Assembly (NCBI GenBank): GCA_965202585.1 | Contig: OZ241833.1 | Location: 30,876,001 to 30,940,000 of the forward strand | Reading direction: 5' to 3' | Length of the DNA stretch: 64,000 nt | Origin: Thalia democratica | Taxonomy: Eukaryota | Shown here: in pieces, positions 39,901 to 52,543 of the stretch | How positions within the stretch are numbered: the first letter of the stretch is position 1 | Layout: every line of letters begins with the position of its first letter | The notes under the pieces: generated by a model | Told to the model about the DNA's origin: nothing | Database searches by the model: none | Seen by the model: only the letters and a program-made list of their open reading frames with translations | Made by a program: the position numbers and the translations under genes

Positions 39901-42900
39901 AACTGAAATCTGTGTTTCAAAAAATCAATACTTTAAACATCTGACTTTTAATTTTTTTATTGAATTTTGTTTAAACCTACACAAAACTGCTTTTAGTTTT
40001 TGTTTTATGATAGTTTAAAATTTATCTTAAAATTCATCACGTCAATCCAGAGTTTCAATAATTCTTTGTTTTAAATGTAAATTGCCTCTTAAAATTTCGT
40101 GGTTTTTCCTGCGATTAATAGTTAGTTTTTTATTATATTTACGTTTTTTTTAACAGCCAATTGACGTTTTTCACAAATTTTATTTTTTGTATTGGCGTTA
40201 ATTATTATTTAGCATATCAAAAAATTATTTCTTAAATTTACAGAACAACATTTTTTTTTTAAATACGTTGGCAAGTATCTTTTAATCTTAAGATTTTTAC
40301 TTTTTTATGCTTTCCTTATATTTATAGCAAACGATTTAAACAAATGTATAAAGTGTATTAAACGAAACTAGTTGATTTAATTTGCTTCTTATTTATTTTT
40401 TTTTATTGATTTTAGACTTAATGTGTTCAAATTCAAAAACATTCTAGTCTAAGTTGAAGTCTCTAAACTTAAATTTATATTAAATTTAAATACTATTTTT
40501 TAATACATTTTTACTTAAAACTTTAAAGTAAATATGGGTTGTGACTTAAAGCATTTAAATAAAAATGAAATGCGACTATTTGCAAGCTCTTTTTACCTGA
40601 AACACAAACAATGGTATAAAGGTTTTTACAAAAGATACTTTTACAATTTTCAAAAAACGCACGTCTGTGCGTAATATATCTATTTGATGGGTAGTTATAA
40701 AATTTGCACGAGAGGAAAAAGTTGCACGAGTGCACAAAATTGCGCGAAGATACTTTTGCACGAGGGGACGAAATTGCACGAGAACATTTCTGCACGAAGG
40801 TTCACTTTTGCACGAAAACAATTTTGTACGGAGACATTTTTACACGAGTTCAGTTTTTTTTTTTTAATTCTTTATTAATTTTTTTTTTATCCCTGACCCT
40901 TACCCTCGATCGGTAACTTTTTTTTTATTTTTTTACTATCACTGTTACCCCTTACCCTTACCCTCTATTGGTAGTTTTTTTTTAATTAACTTATTTTTAT
41001 CTATTCTTTTTTGTTTTTAATAAGAGTTTTTATTAGTTATCTTTTTATTTTTACTATCACTTTAACCCATACCCCTTACCCTCGGTCAGTGTTTTTTTTT
41101 TCTTTTAGTTTTTTATTATTTTTTTTCTGTTGTGTTTTACTTTAGTGCAAAAATTACCCTCGTGCAAAAAAGTCTTTGGTTAACATTGGTAAAAATTTTC
41201 ACAAACATAAACTTAACAAACTTACATCAAAACAAGTATAATTATTGATAACAACTTTCAAGCAGTCACAGCAACACCTGATGACCATGGTGATGATCAC
41301 CACCGGAAGATCAGGTCGGTATCCAGGGACGCATCGGACCATTACATGTCCGGAGGTGAGTTATCATGGATTTTTATTTTCGAGCGCAAACATTATAATG
41401 TTAAGGGTTTATAAAACAAAGCCAAAGTAGAAAAGTACCAAAAGTAACAAAGTAAACAAATGAGTCGCATCAGCTAAACAACACTATATGCATAGTTTAA
41501 AAAATATACACAATCCGTGAAACAAATAAATGTTTAAGTGTTATTTTTATAATATTAGTTTTTAGATTACCGATCTGCAAACAAAATTTCTCTTATTTGT
41601 ATATCTTTAAAGTTTTCAAAGGAGGCAAAGCTACAATAAAAAAGCTATAAAGCTGGAAAGAGCTATCGATCGGTGCTAGAAGACTCTTCTGAATTAAAAT
41701 TTTACTGCTTCAAATGAACCTTAAAACTTTTATTCTTTCAGACGCTTGTTCGTGCGACCACCCTTTCTGCGAAGCGGCTCACACCGCAGAGAGGTTCATA
41801 TTCCCCTTCATAATAGAGTTCTGCCTGGTGGCTTCGTCCCTGCTGTTCCTGATCGCCAGGAACATCGACAGGCAGCCTTCGCCGTTCGAACACGTGGTCA
41901 AGCCCTCCTACAGATTCTTCAACTCGATACTGGGTTCGTAATACACTTGTTTGTAGTCTGCTGAACATTAGAAAATTGAAAATTTTTACACGATATTAAG
42001 CTGCGTGCTGTGAGTTAACATCGATCATTTTTATATACAATTTAATACAATTGTTTATTTTTTAGATTTCAAGACTTTTATGCAGTCGTAAACCCTCGAC
42101 AGATAAAACTAACAATCCACGTGACAGGTATATCGTGCGGGTGCGTGGGACTGATAGTGACGACCATCGTAATCAGCTACCTGGCTTGCAGCAGAGCGAC
42201 CAACCATCACCTCAACTACCTGGAAGGTTTCAACGTGCTCATAGTGCACAACTACTACCTGGTGCGTTTGACATTTGGTGTTTTTCTTTGGTAATGGTGG
42301 TGGAAAATTGTTTTAACAAAAAGGTTTTTTGGTAACTTGAAAGAAAGAATGTAGCCTTTAAATTTGTACCTTTTTGTACTGTCGGAAAAGTTTGTTTATT
42401 TTTAGAAGACGATTGAAACTAATTTTTTTAAATGCTGTCGGCGTAGTTCAAAAACCTGATTTAATATACATGTTTTGTCTATAGCGGTTTACATTAAATT
42501 CAAACATGCCAAAAAATACCTACAACCCAAAAAACCAACAGGTCACCTTCCAACTGTCCATGGTCGTGGCCACCGCCATGGGATTCTACTACTTTACCAC
42601 CATACAGCGCCCCCTGGAGTCGCCCATGATGCTGGACGTGGTCCTCCTGTCCGTCTGCATCGTCGGTCCCGTCATCCTGGACACTTTCGCGGTGATTTCG
42701 GTGGTCAGCGGCAGCGACAACAAGGTCGAGGGCTGGTTCGTCACGCTGGTACTGCCCATAGTGGACATCTGCCAGTGCGTCAGTCAGGTAAAAACTGAGA
42801 ATACTCTTGAGTATGGTAATAGATTTTATTAGTTGAAAAGTTCAAACTTTTGATACGTTTAATGTATTTTAGTAACTAATGAAGGAATCAAATGTTCAAT

Positions 42901-45716
42901 GTGAAAATAGTACTTTTGTAAGTAGTTCCTTTTATATTTACGTAAATAACTTTTCTCGGAATTACCAAAATCCGAACTTATTTTTTTTAGTTCACTTTTA
43001 TTGTGTACGGACTGAAACGCGAGCCGAAACCGTCAGATATCGTACAACAGGCAGCAGATAATTTGCAGAAAAAGTAAGAATTGTTTGTGTGCTTTTTAAA
43101 TAAATTTAGCTACATAAGTTCAAATGTACAACAACTAATTTTAAGCTCTTTTTTATCAAAGCTATTATTTTATTCATTTTTTAACTGAAGAGCCCTACGC
43201 AAAATATATTGTCTTGTATTTTTGATTAAATTAGTTTTTAAACACTTATTACCAAATTTAGATTCTAAAATTTATTTTAGCAATGTTTTTTCATTAAAAC
43301 TTATTTTTTGTACCAAAAATAATTCTCAGCGTGGTGAACGAACTGAAAAGACATGACATCATGTGCGTGACGTCATCCACTGAAGTCCTGCATCGTGACG
43401 TCACAATGACGTTCACCCCGTCGGAGAACGACAAGACCGATGACGCCATCATGACTGAACAGTTTGTGGGTCGGTAGTTGTTTGATAAAACCGAATTTAA
43501 AACTCACCCAGCTGCATAAATCTGAATAATAAAGATTTTAACTTTTTTTTAAACCTTTTTTAAACTTTAATTGGATGTTTGAAAATTTTTAAGTAGAATT
43601 TATGTTTCTATTGTGTACCTATTATTTTTCAATAATTTTTTAAAAGATGAAAAGGTACCCTTTAGCAGAGGTTGTTCTTAGCTTTAAGCAAAACTTTCAA
43701 CTGTATGTAAACATCTTCATAGATATAATAAAAACTACTAATCCTAATGGATTTTTTTTTAATTCAGGTAACGACAGCAACCTTTTGGACCTGAGAAGTC
43801 CTTATGGCAATAGATTGCACAGAAAAACTTCGCATTACAGAAGGCATGACAGGTGATAAATTATCAAGATGTTTCATTTACCACCTTTTTAAATCTTATA
43901 CAGCATAATAGCAAGCGTGTCTCAAAAAAAAGTTTAACCAACAAACAAGTTAACTTTCTCAATGAGGTAAGAGAGAGTCTAATATGCATGAAGGGTCACT
44001 TTTGCACGAAAGGACATTTTTTACACGAAGACACTTTTGCACGGTTTAAAAATTTTTGTTCATTTTTTAGTTAAACTTTTTTTTTTACTATAACTATTAC
44101 CCCTAACCCTTATTATCGGTCGGTAACTTTTTCTTTTTTTTTGTTTTTTCATAATCAATTTTAATTATAATTTTTTGTTTAATAAGTTTTAATTTTTCTT
44201 TTTTGTTTAATATATTTTTTTTTAGTTACTGTTACCCCTAACCCTTACCCTTGGTCGGTAAGTTTTTTTTTTTGTAGTTTATTATATATCTATTTTTTCT
44301 CTTTTTTCTACTTTTTTTTGTTAGTTTTAATTATTTATTTTACTATCACTGTCACCTCTAACCCTTACCCTTGGCCGGAAACTTTTTTTTCTTGTTTTTA
44401 CTTTTGTGCAAAAATGACCCTTTGTGCAAAAGTGACCCTCCGTGCAAAAGTGTATTCGTGCAAAAACTTCCCTTCGTGCAAAAGTGTCTCTTCGTGCATA
44501 TTTGACCCTTTGTGCAAAAGTGTCTTCGTGCAATTTTGACCTGTTCCCGTCTCAATGAGCTATTTACTTGCAGTTAGGTAATTTAATTTTACCGTTTTAG
44601 AGTTTTGACCTCTAAACAACAAATTTAAGTATTTTAAAACCGAGTTTTTTTTTCAGGACTTCGGTGGTGTCCGCCATGGTGTCCATCGCCAGCCCCATCG
44701 CCAACATGACGACCACCAACCTGCACAGCAGCCATGGCAACCAGCAGCGCCACCACGCGCCCAAAACCCGGCGGGAGTTGAGGAGGGGCATACGTCACAG
44801 CGTGTGCGCCATGACGACCCAGGACCTCATGTCACGCGACACGTTGGGAGAAATGGTCTGTGACGTCACGCTGAAGAACGGGGGGTTGCCCATCGACACG
44901 CCGCCGACGACCGACGAGGCGGACGACGTCACTCACTCTTCCAACTGTGACGTCACGACGAGTAACAATGGGAAGCACGAGGAGTCGGTGCTGAAGTTTG
45001 TGAAGGAAACGCAGATTGCGAGACCTATGGGCCAGAGAACCAAGTTTGTTTTTATTTAGTACTTTTGATTACATGTTTTAATGATAATAGAAAAGAATTT
45101 AACTAGATCTTTTTAGTTACTTAATGTGTCATCTGAGTCTATTTTTTTTACTTTATATTCAAGTACGTTATTAGAATTTTTTAAACTGTTTCAATCTTTT
45201 TTTTTCTAAATACTTTATATGTTATTTGAAGTTTCTGAAAGTTAGCACTCTATTTTACGCTGCTCACATTTTTTACACAGTATGAAAAGCGATAGTCGTT
45301 AGTCTAAAAACTTAAAAAGCTTAACCTACAAACTTTGCAACTATTTTTGCTAATACATTTAATGATATAAGCACAAAAGTTATACAATTAAAAAAAAATA
45401 AAAGAATAAAAAGTTTAAAGCCGTGAAAACCAATAAACTAAAGAGTAACTAATCCTCAACAGTTTTACAAAAACTTATCAAATCAATTTCAACAATTTTC
45501 AGGCTTCGCAACTTCGTTATGTACCTGTTGGTTAGCAACGCATGCTTGTGGATATTTCAATCGCTGGAGGGCACCGCGTTCGACGTGCACCCCTACCCCA
45601 TGTTCTTCTACGGGGCCGAGGCTTGGACCACCGTTGTCATGGTGTGCCGCCCCCTCACAATTTTCTTCAGGATGCACTCGGCAGGGTGCCTGTTCGAAAT
45701 ATGGTCGTACGCTTGA
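30906..45716 (+). CDS. otop: Otopetrin family proton channel, complete, 790 aa, 14 coding exons
   Basis: Exons 30906-31066, 35595-35745, 36075-36222, 36841-37051, 38763-38893, 41266-41355, 41742-41933, 42128-42261, 42542-42787, 42991-43073, 43330-43469, 43768-43852, 44657-45043, 45503-45716 total 2373 nt, all phases compatible. Otopetrin motifs: RVGLMFLIGTNLSNW (cf. RFGLMH..ATN), FPFIIEFCLVAS (cf. YPFNIEY), LDVVLL, QFTFIVYGLKREP, NACLW, FYG...W, PLTIFFRMHSAGCLFEIW. Exon 1 is the least certain (linked by phase and codon bias only). Confidence 0.92.
31315..31620. repeat. Two oppositely oriented copies of the same dispersed short repeat
   Basis: 31315-31436 (GACAAGACGTTAAAAGGTATCCGTGGTGTG...GTCGTTTAATAAAC) and 31543-31620 (reverse orientation, shorter). 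Confidence 0.7.
32618..33574. mobile_element. Foldback element with about 454-bp inverted arms and 9-bp TSD (Mutator/Foldback-like), in otopetrin intron 1
   Basis: 32618-33071 is the near-perfect reverse complement of 33120-33574, with a 48-bp spacer. Direct repeat AAATTAAAA at 32609-32617 and 33575-33583. Confidence 0.88.
40685..41180. repeat. TTTTGCACGA / TAACCCTTACCC composite repeat family, copy 2
   Basis: About 9 TTGCACGA-type units, three CCCTTACCCT subrepeats, and inverted TCGTGCAAAA units at the right end. Confidence 0.8.
43972..44545. repeat. TTTTGCACGA / TAACCCTTACCC composite repeat family, copy 3 (both inverted end-blocks present)
   Basis: Left TTTTGCACGA block, three CCCTAACCCT(T/A) subrepeats, right block of TCGTGCAAAA/TTGTGCAAAA units ending GTGCAATTTTGACCTGTTCCC. 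Confidence 0.8.
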
Positions 45717-48700
45717 TTTTGATTGGTTGGTTGCGGTACCACAAATATGGGAACTTCAAAACCTGATGGGTTTTTTGATACGCAGAGCAAAAATTTCCTG
45801 AAAAAAATACAAAAATTGACGTTTATACAAGAAAAATTTGCAATTTCGACCAATTATGGTTCATCTCATTCAAATTCAATTGTGGTTGTCGGCACTACCA
45901 GGTAGTAGAAGATCTGAGATCAGATTTTTCGAAAGCAAGTTATAAGTCTATCGACCCTGAAAATAAACTGATTATTGAGTACGCAAAGAAAAAGTTTGTA
46001 AAAAAATTACAAAAACTGACATTTTAATATAAATAACAAATAACAAAAAGAAACGACTTTTGCTCGGTGTAGTGTAACTTTGACTGACTGTACTTGGTGT
46101 GTGATTGGAATAAGTTCATCAGTAACTTTGAGAAGGTGATCAATTAATTTGTTTTTTACTCCTTTAATACTAATATTATAAAATATGTAGCAATTGGTAT
46201 CAAACTTGTTTGGTAGAATAGCTTAAAGTTTAATTGGTAATCTTCTATGTATTTTTTAGTTAAAAACTTTTTGTCAGGTTTTTCTAAGTTGCTAGCAAAA
46301 CTATTAAAGAAAGTATTAGTTTTGGTAAAACTTTGTATAGATCTTTTAATTAATGCAATTTTTTTTTCTAAAACTTGAAAAAATTAATTTTTTTGTCGAT
46401 TGGTGCTCAAACTTTTCAGTTATATAATTATTCTTTAAAAATTTTCATTATATTTTTGATGCACTTATAAGGTTTTCCCCTATAAACTTTAACTAATTTC
46501 TTCAACTGAAGTATACAGTCTTAGACTTAAGTATTTTAAACAGTTTAATATCTTTTTGGCTTAGAAAAAACCATACAATTTTATTTGTTGATTTGTAGTA
46601 AAAAAAAATTTTATTATAAAATTAATAATTAGAAACACGATGTTTTCAGATATCAAAAAAAAAATTGCATGTGTCATTTATTTAGTCTTCTATAATTTTT
46701 ATGATTATATAAAAATTTCGTAGCCGTTTTTAGACATACTTAAAAACGTTATCTTGTTCAAAGAAATTTTATAGCTTAAGTTAAGTTTATCAAAACCTAT
46801 TAACAAACTGTTTTTTATAAAAACTCCTTTTATATTTTTAACATTTTTCTGTAGGATTTATTTCATTTAGATGTATAACTTGTTCTTTTTCTAAATTTTT
46901 AAGCATCTAAAAACTGCTGTTTTATTGATATCCCTTAGTACGAAAGTTTTTGCATGCATTTTTTAAGTTTACTTGAAATTTTGTTCGTTTTACTTCAACA
47001 TCAGTGATATTGCAATTTAATTTTTCAGTTTACCTTTAGGAATTGACTTAGCTTTGCGTACAACAAATAACTAGCACAAAAGTTTTAATTCATCTACAAG
47101 CAATCTGTGTTTCAAATTGTTACTCTTTTTATCTTTTTGTAAAACCATTCTTATCAGTAACAACTATTCCTGAGTATTTTAACAAAAACTTAAAATAAAT
47201 TTGGTAAAAACTTTTTCTCTTTTTTATTGCTAATTTAGTTTTAAAAATATAATAGCTTTAATTTACAACAAAATAAATACACAACTATTTTTATCTACTA
47301 CTTGAAAACAGAAGTGGTGTTATTTTAATATCTGTTAAAGACTAGAAAAAATATAGATAAAATAATTTCAGTAAGTAATTTTAATCAAAAAATATAAAAC
47401 TTTATTGGTTCAATTGAGTTTTTTATAACAGACTCTTATTATATAATCGGTGTAAATGCATAAAAAATTTAATTTCAGTTTACATTAAGTATTGCTTTTC
47501 TAAAACTTTTAATTAATTTTTACAGTCTGACAATCCATTAAACAATACTGATTTTATATAATCTTCGTGAAGTTGTTTAAGTTTCTGAGTTTTAAAAGCA
47601 TCTCATTTTTTAATTAGACAGTTGTAAAATTAAAGCTAATATTTTTTTTTTTTTGTATTTGAAACTACTTTCAAATTTCATTAAACATTTTATCTACTTT
47701 TTTTACCGAACAGTTACAAAATTTCTAGAGTCGAACAAAAAACAAAACTTAATTAACCTATCAGTAAGCTTAGCAAACTACAAAAACTTAAAACGTAAAC
47801 TCAATATGCAAAACTTAAATTACAAACATATGTTTTCGGTCAGGTTCGTTCAGCAAAAGTCTACTTTTGAACAGTTCAAACTAGACTGTGAAAGACGTTT
47901 TAATCTAGTTATAAACTTAGACTGAGTAATTTTACAACTATTTAAAACTTAAGGTCCATGTAAACAGCTTTAATCAGAAAAGCAAAACTTTCCAGTTCAA
48001 TTTTGTATTGTTTTAAGTTTAAATAAGTTGAAACTGAAATTTTTAGATTACATAAATTTTAAAAACGAAACTCAGTTCAACTTTTATATTACAAGCAATT
48101 GAGTTGCGACAGTTTAAAAAAAATCTACTTACTTAACTAAAAGCATTTGCTGCGGTCAAGTTTTAGTAAAAACACTAATTGTTTTGCCCCAGTTTTTCTT
48201 GTTCAATTTGTTTTTATCTATTGTTTACCAGAAAAGTAAAAAAAAAAAGTTTTTCGAAACTTGTGAGCTACATTTTGCTTAATTGATAAATTTTTATTAT
48301 TAGTTTTTATCGCAGTTGACGGAATAAAATTGTTTTTTACGTAAGCTTGTTGTTGTTTTTTTTTGTCTAAGTTAAAAAATTGTTTTAGTTATAAAAACTT
48401 AAGTAGGAAAAAAGTACGAAGGTTCAGAGATGTGTTCTTTCAATAAAACACATTTTGTAGTGAATAAAGCTTTTCTTTTGCAAAACTAAATAATTCCAAA
48501 CTGATTTTTATAACTTAATTTTTAAAAATCAGCAAATTTTAAGTGAACCTTTTTATTTGGTACGACTTAATAAAACATTCGGTTAAAAGGAAAACTTTAA
48601 TAACTTAATATTTTTTGCAGAAAAAAAATTAAAAGTAAAAAGCTGCAAACTTGTAAAAACTTTGCTTATCACAAGTGTAATTTTTGGAATAAGTTAAAAT

Positions 48701-49080
48701 TTAGTTTTCAAACAACTTTAAATACAATATACATTAAAGTTTAAGCATTTTTAAATCTTATATATAAAAAATAGTTAAAATTACATTGGTAGAAAATAAA
48801 CATGTACTGTTTTTGTAAAGAAATATACTTCCAATATGTTTGAACAATTGCTTTGTTTTTGATGTACATTTGTTTTATTTAAAAAAAGCCTTTTTAAATA
48901 ATCTACTGCAAGCTTTGTTCAGTTTATTTTGAAATTCTAATGACTTTTTTTATTAAATGATGCAAACTACTTAAAAATAAATTTCATAAATGTTAATCAT
49001 TTCTTTTTCATTGAAAATATGAACTAATGCACTAAACATGATATGTTGGTTAAAAAAATAAAGCAAATAATTTATAATTA

Positions 49081-49853
49081 CAGTAACCTCTCGCATCTTT
49101 ACGCCTCGTGACGTTACGCACTCTCGTTTAGTTACGCATTTTAGAATTCTAAAAAATTCAAAATTTTTTATTTTTACTACTGCACAAACTAAGTTTAACG
49201 TATTTTTTACATTGAAATATGTTTTTAAATGCTAAGTCACCTCTCTATATCTTTAGACATTGTAAACTTATGTTTCTTGATTAATTGATAAACATTTAGT
49301 TATACCTCAGTACATCAGAAATTTCGTTAACAATAAGAGATTAAATTAAAATTATGAAACAAATATGACTGTGTCAAACAATGAAAATATAATGAAATAA
49401 TGAGAGTTTAAAATACAAATAAATAATACACCACTGTATATAGACATCACATCATTTTTTAATTGTAAACAAATGCTTAATTATGAATTGAATTTGCTAA
49501 GTAGAATAGAATATAAATGTTAAGTATCAAATAAGTAACATATAAATAAAGATAAACATAAAATCTACTTATTATTAAAGTTAGTAAAATTAATCTACAA
49601 GTATTGTTATTTTATGTAAATTTAAATCCTTTTTTAATAAATGTATAGTTTTATCTTTAGTTTTCATATTTAAAAAAAAAGTAAATAAATTTTTTAAAGT
49701 GGGAAAGTCCCCAGTCTGCTTTTAACCAGAAGCAATATCAAAAACAGCCATTATAGTAAGTATATTTGGTACCTCTCGTATCTTTACGATCTCTCGTATC
49801 TTTACGCACTTTTTCTGTGGACACAATGTGCGTAAATAAGCGAGAGGTTACTG
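49081..49853. mobile_element. Tc1/mariner-pogo-type MITE, 773 bp
   Basis: TIR CAGTAACCTCTCGC(A/T)T(C/A)TTTACG at both ends, TA on both flanks (49079-49080, 49854-49855), and internal copies of the TIR core near 49770-49810. Confidence 0.85.
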
Positions 49854-52139
49854 TACTAGCAAAATTTTTAACAAATTGCGTTTATTAAGTTTATACCAAT
49901 TCAGTGGTATATAAAACACATTTTTAACAATTAGAGCTAATTTTTATAAAGTTCATAGCTTTAATAATATTTGTTTACGCTTACCAAGTTGATTTTAAAA
50001 TGTTTTGGCAAAAATAGTTAGTTCTCTAATCAGTTATATGACTAAATAAAAACAAAGCTTGTTTTATATTAGCTTTTTTTAAATTATTAAAATTTTATCA
50101 AACTATTGACTTAAGATACAAGATTTTACAAAACAAAAAATCAAGCTTATAAACAAATTAATTATTAATGTTTATATAAAAGAGACACAGTTTGTTTTTT
50201 AAGATATAAAACTAGTGTATACTAGTCTAAAGTTTGAATAAAAGTATTATTTAATTACTCGAATTGATTCTCAAATTTTGATGTTTAACTTATAACTGTG
50301 TCTTAATTTACTACTTAGATAGTATAAAAGTATTTAGCTGTTTTCTTAAAACTAAATTTCACAAAAAATAGCTTTTATTTTAAAAAGTTTATTACAGTTT
50401 ATAGTCTAAACTTTATTAAGAATAATATACTTATTATTAAACGAATTAAAATTTGATTTAGATATAGTCTAACTCACTTTTCATTGCTAAACTATTTTTA
50501 AATACAAAAACAAAAAAGTCAACATTAAGACAAAAATTTTATGTTTTTTTCGAAGCTAACTTTGTAATTTTCTGAAAAATTACTTAGTAGATAAAGGTAT
50601 TGTTGTTGTGCATTTTATCAAGCAAACCTTACAAGCTATCTAGCTGAAAGTTTACAACTGCAAAATTCGATGCAAATTTTATTATATTTTCAGCTTAGCT
50701 ATTTACTGGCTAAAAGTATAGGTTTTGTGTAAAAATACCACTACCTATAACAAAAACATTTACTCTTGGTATCATGAGCTAAATTTTAAACTTAAGCTCG
50801 GTAATATAACAAAAAATAAGTAGGTAAACTTATAAGAACATTACAATATTAAGTATGTACTAATAAAACTTTTTTGGTGATCAATAAACTGTTTCAATAC
50901 TAAATATAGTTGAAAAATTTATTTCAACCAAACTAAGTCAACTATACAAAACCATCTTTATAATGCTAAAACTTCTTTTTAATATATAACAAGGTAAAAT
51001 TTTGTTTTTTTACAAACTTTTTGTTCATCATCCAAAGTTTTAAATAACTTTACTACTTAAAATAGTTCACTTTTATTTTATTGTTGAATATTTTTTGTCA
51101 ACATTTATTCTAAACACAAAAAAAGAGTGTTTTTTAAATCTAGCAATGCATTTGATACTATACTTAAATGTATTCTTTGAAAAAAATCTTAGTTTAAAGT
51201 TTCATTTGCTCTGCTTAATATTTTTTGAAAACACTTCTTAATATTTATTAAATTTTGCAGTCGTTAGAAGTTTAGAAAGTATTAACTTCAAAAACTAATT
51301 TATTTGATTCCAATATTTTTTTTGATCTTAATAAAAGATAGTTTATTAAGTTTGGATAAATTATGTAAAAATTTTCTAAAAAAACATTAATCTCTTTAAT
51401 GAATCATCCAAAATAAATTAAAGCAACTTTTTTACATATTATATTACGTTAAAAAACTAACTTACCAAAATCTTTTGTCTTTATGGTATTTTATTAGTAA
51501 GCTGAAGTTTCGCAAATATTTACAATTAGATAAGTAAATGAAAATGATGACTTAAAAAATGAACATTAAAAAAATGTCGTTGTTGAACTTTGACAAACAA
51601 AATAAAAAAAAAAATTTAAGCATTCAGTTTTTATATTTGTTAGAAACCAATACTGTTTTTATCGTTTATGTACTCTTTTTTAGCTGTATGACGATAGTTT
51701 TCAAAACTTTTAACAGTTGTGTTATTAAATAGTTAGTTAAAAGATGGTTAGTTTTTATAAAATCTGAAGTTATTTTGAAAACAATCAGGTTGATTATTCT
51801 TTATTTATAAATCTAGTGGTATTTTACGACAAAAAAAATTTATAATTTAATTTTTAGTAGTTATGCTTCAACCTAAAAGTTTCAATTAGAACTAATTAGA
51901 AACTTTATTGCTACAAATTAGAACAGTGGTAATATTAGTTTAAATCAAAAAATACATAAACAATGGCCAAAAAGTTATTTAAAAAATAAGATGGTGAGTT
52001 AAAACTATTTTTTAGTGTTATTTTAGCAGCTTATACAATTTTCAATATAAACTGTATTATACATCTTTTTGTTTGCAATAGCTGTCCCTGCTGTGAAATC
52101 AAAAAAAGTACTTTTATCAACCTAAGCGTTATAATCTAA

Positions 52140-52212
52140 ATTCGCGCGCTATGATATCAAAAAATACATTAATTGTGAGTTCCATTTGAATTTGGAAGCT
52201 AAGCAAGTAAGT
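52140..52212 (+). promoter_or_regulatory. Putative POLA1 promoter: E2F-like site and possible 5'-UTR exon donor
   Basis: ATTCGCGCGC at 52140-52149 resembles E2F TTTSSCGC. GTAAGT donor at 52207-52212 could pair with the acceptor AG at 52537-52538, five bases before the ATG. CpG depletion begins just downstream. Confidence 0.45.
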
Positions 52213-52543
52213 TCCTATTATAATCTACACATTAAACAAAAAGCTCAATAATTTTCTAACTTATCACAAACGTTGGTTTTATATAAAATGATAAATTCTA
52301 TTTAAATGTCTAGAAGCTAGTTACATTTTAAGTTTTCACTTTAAAGTAAATTACACACTAATGTAAGTTGTTAAATCTTTCTAGATATTTAGGATTACTT
52401 TTGATAATATTTTAAAATTACCTTATAGGATATATTATACTTCGTTAAGACTATTATTTGTGAAAAACAATATTTTCTTCATTCCGATATCACACTGTTT
52501 TATGTAAAGTTTATGCAAATACCACCTATTTTTTTCAGAAATC

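Noticed and set aside
44090-44380. Interstitial telomere or telomerase RNA template
   Set aside because: Only one or two TAACCC units occur per site, always inside the dispersed composite repeat.
40523-44555. ORFs with repeated FCTK/FARR peptides (40523-40916, 44318-44555)
   Set aside because: They are translations of the TTTTGCACGA repeat units, not genes.
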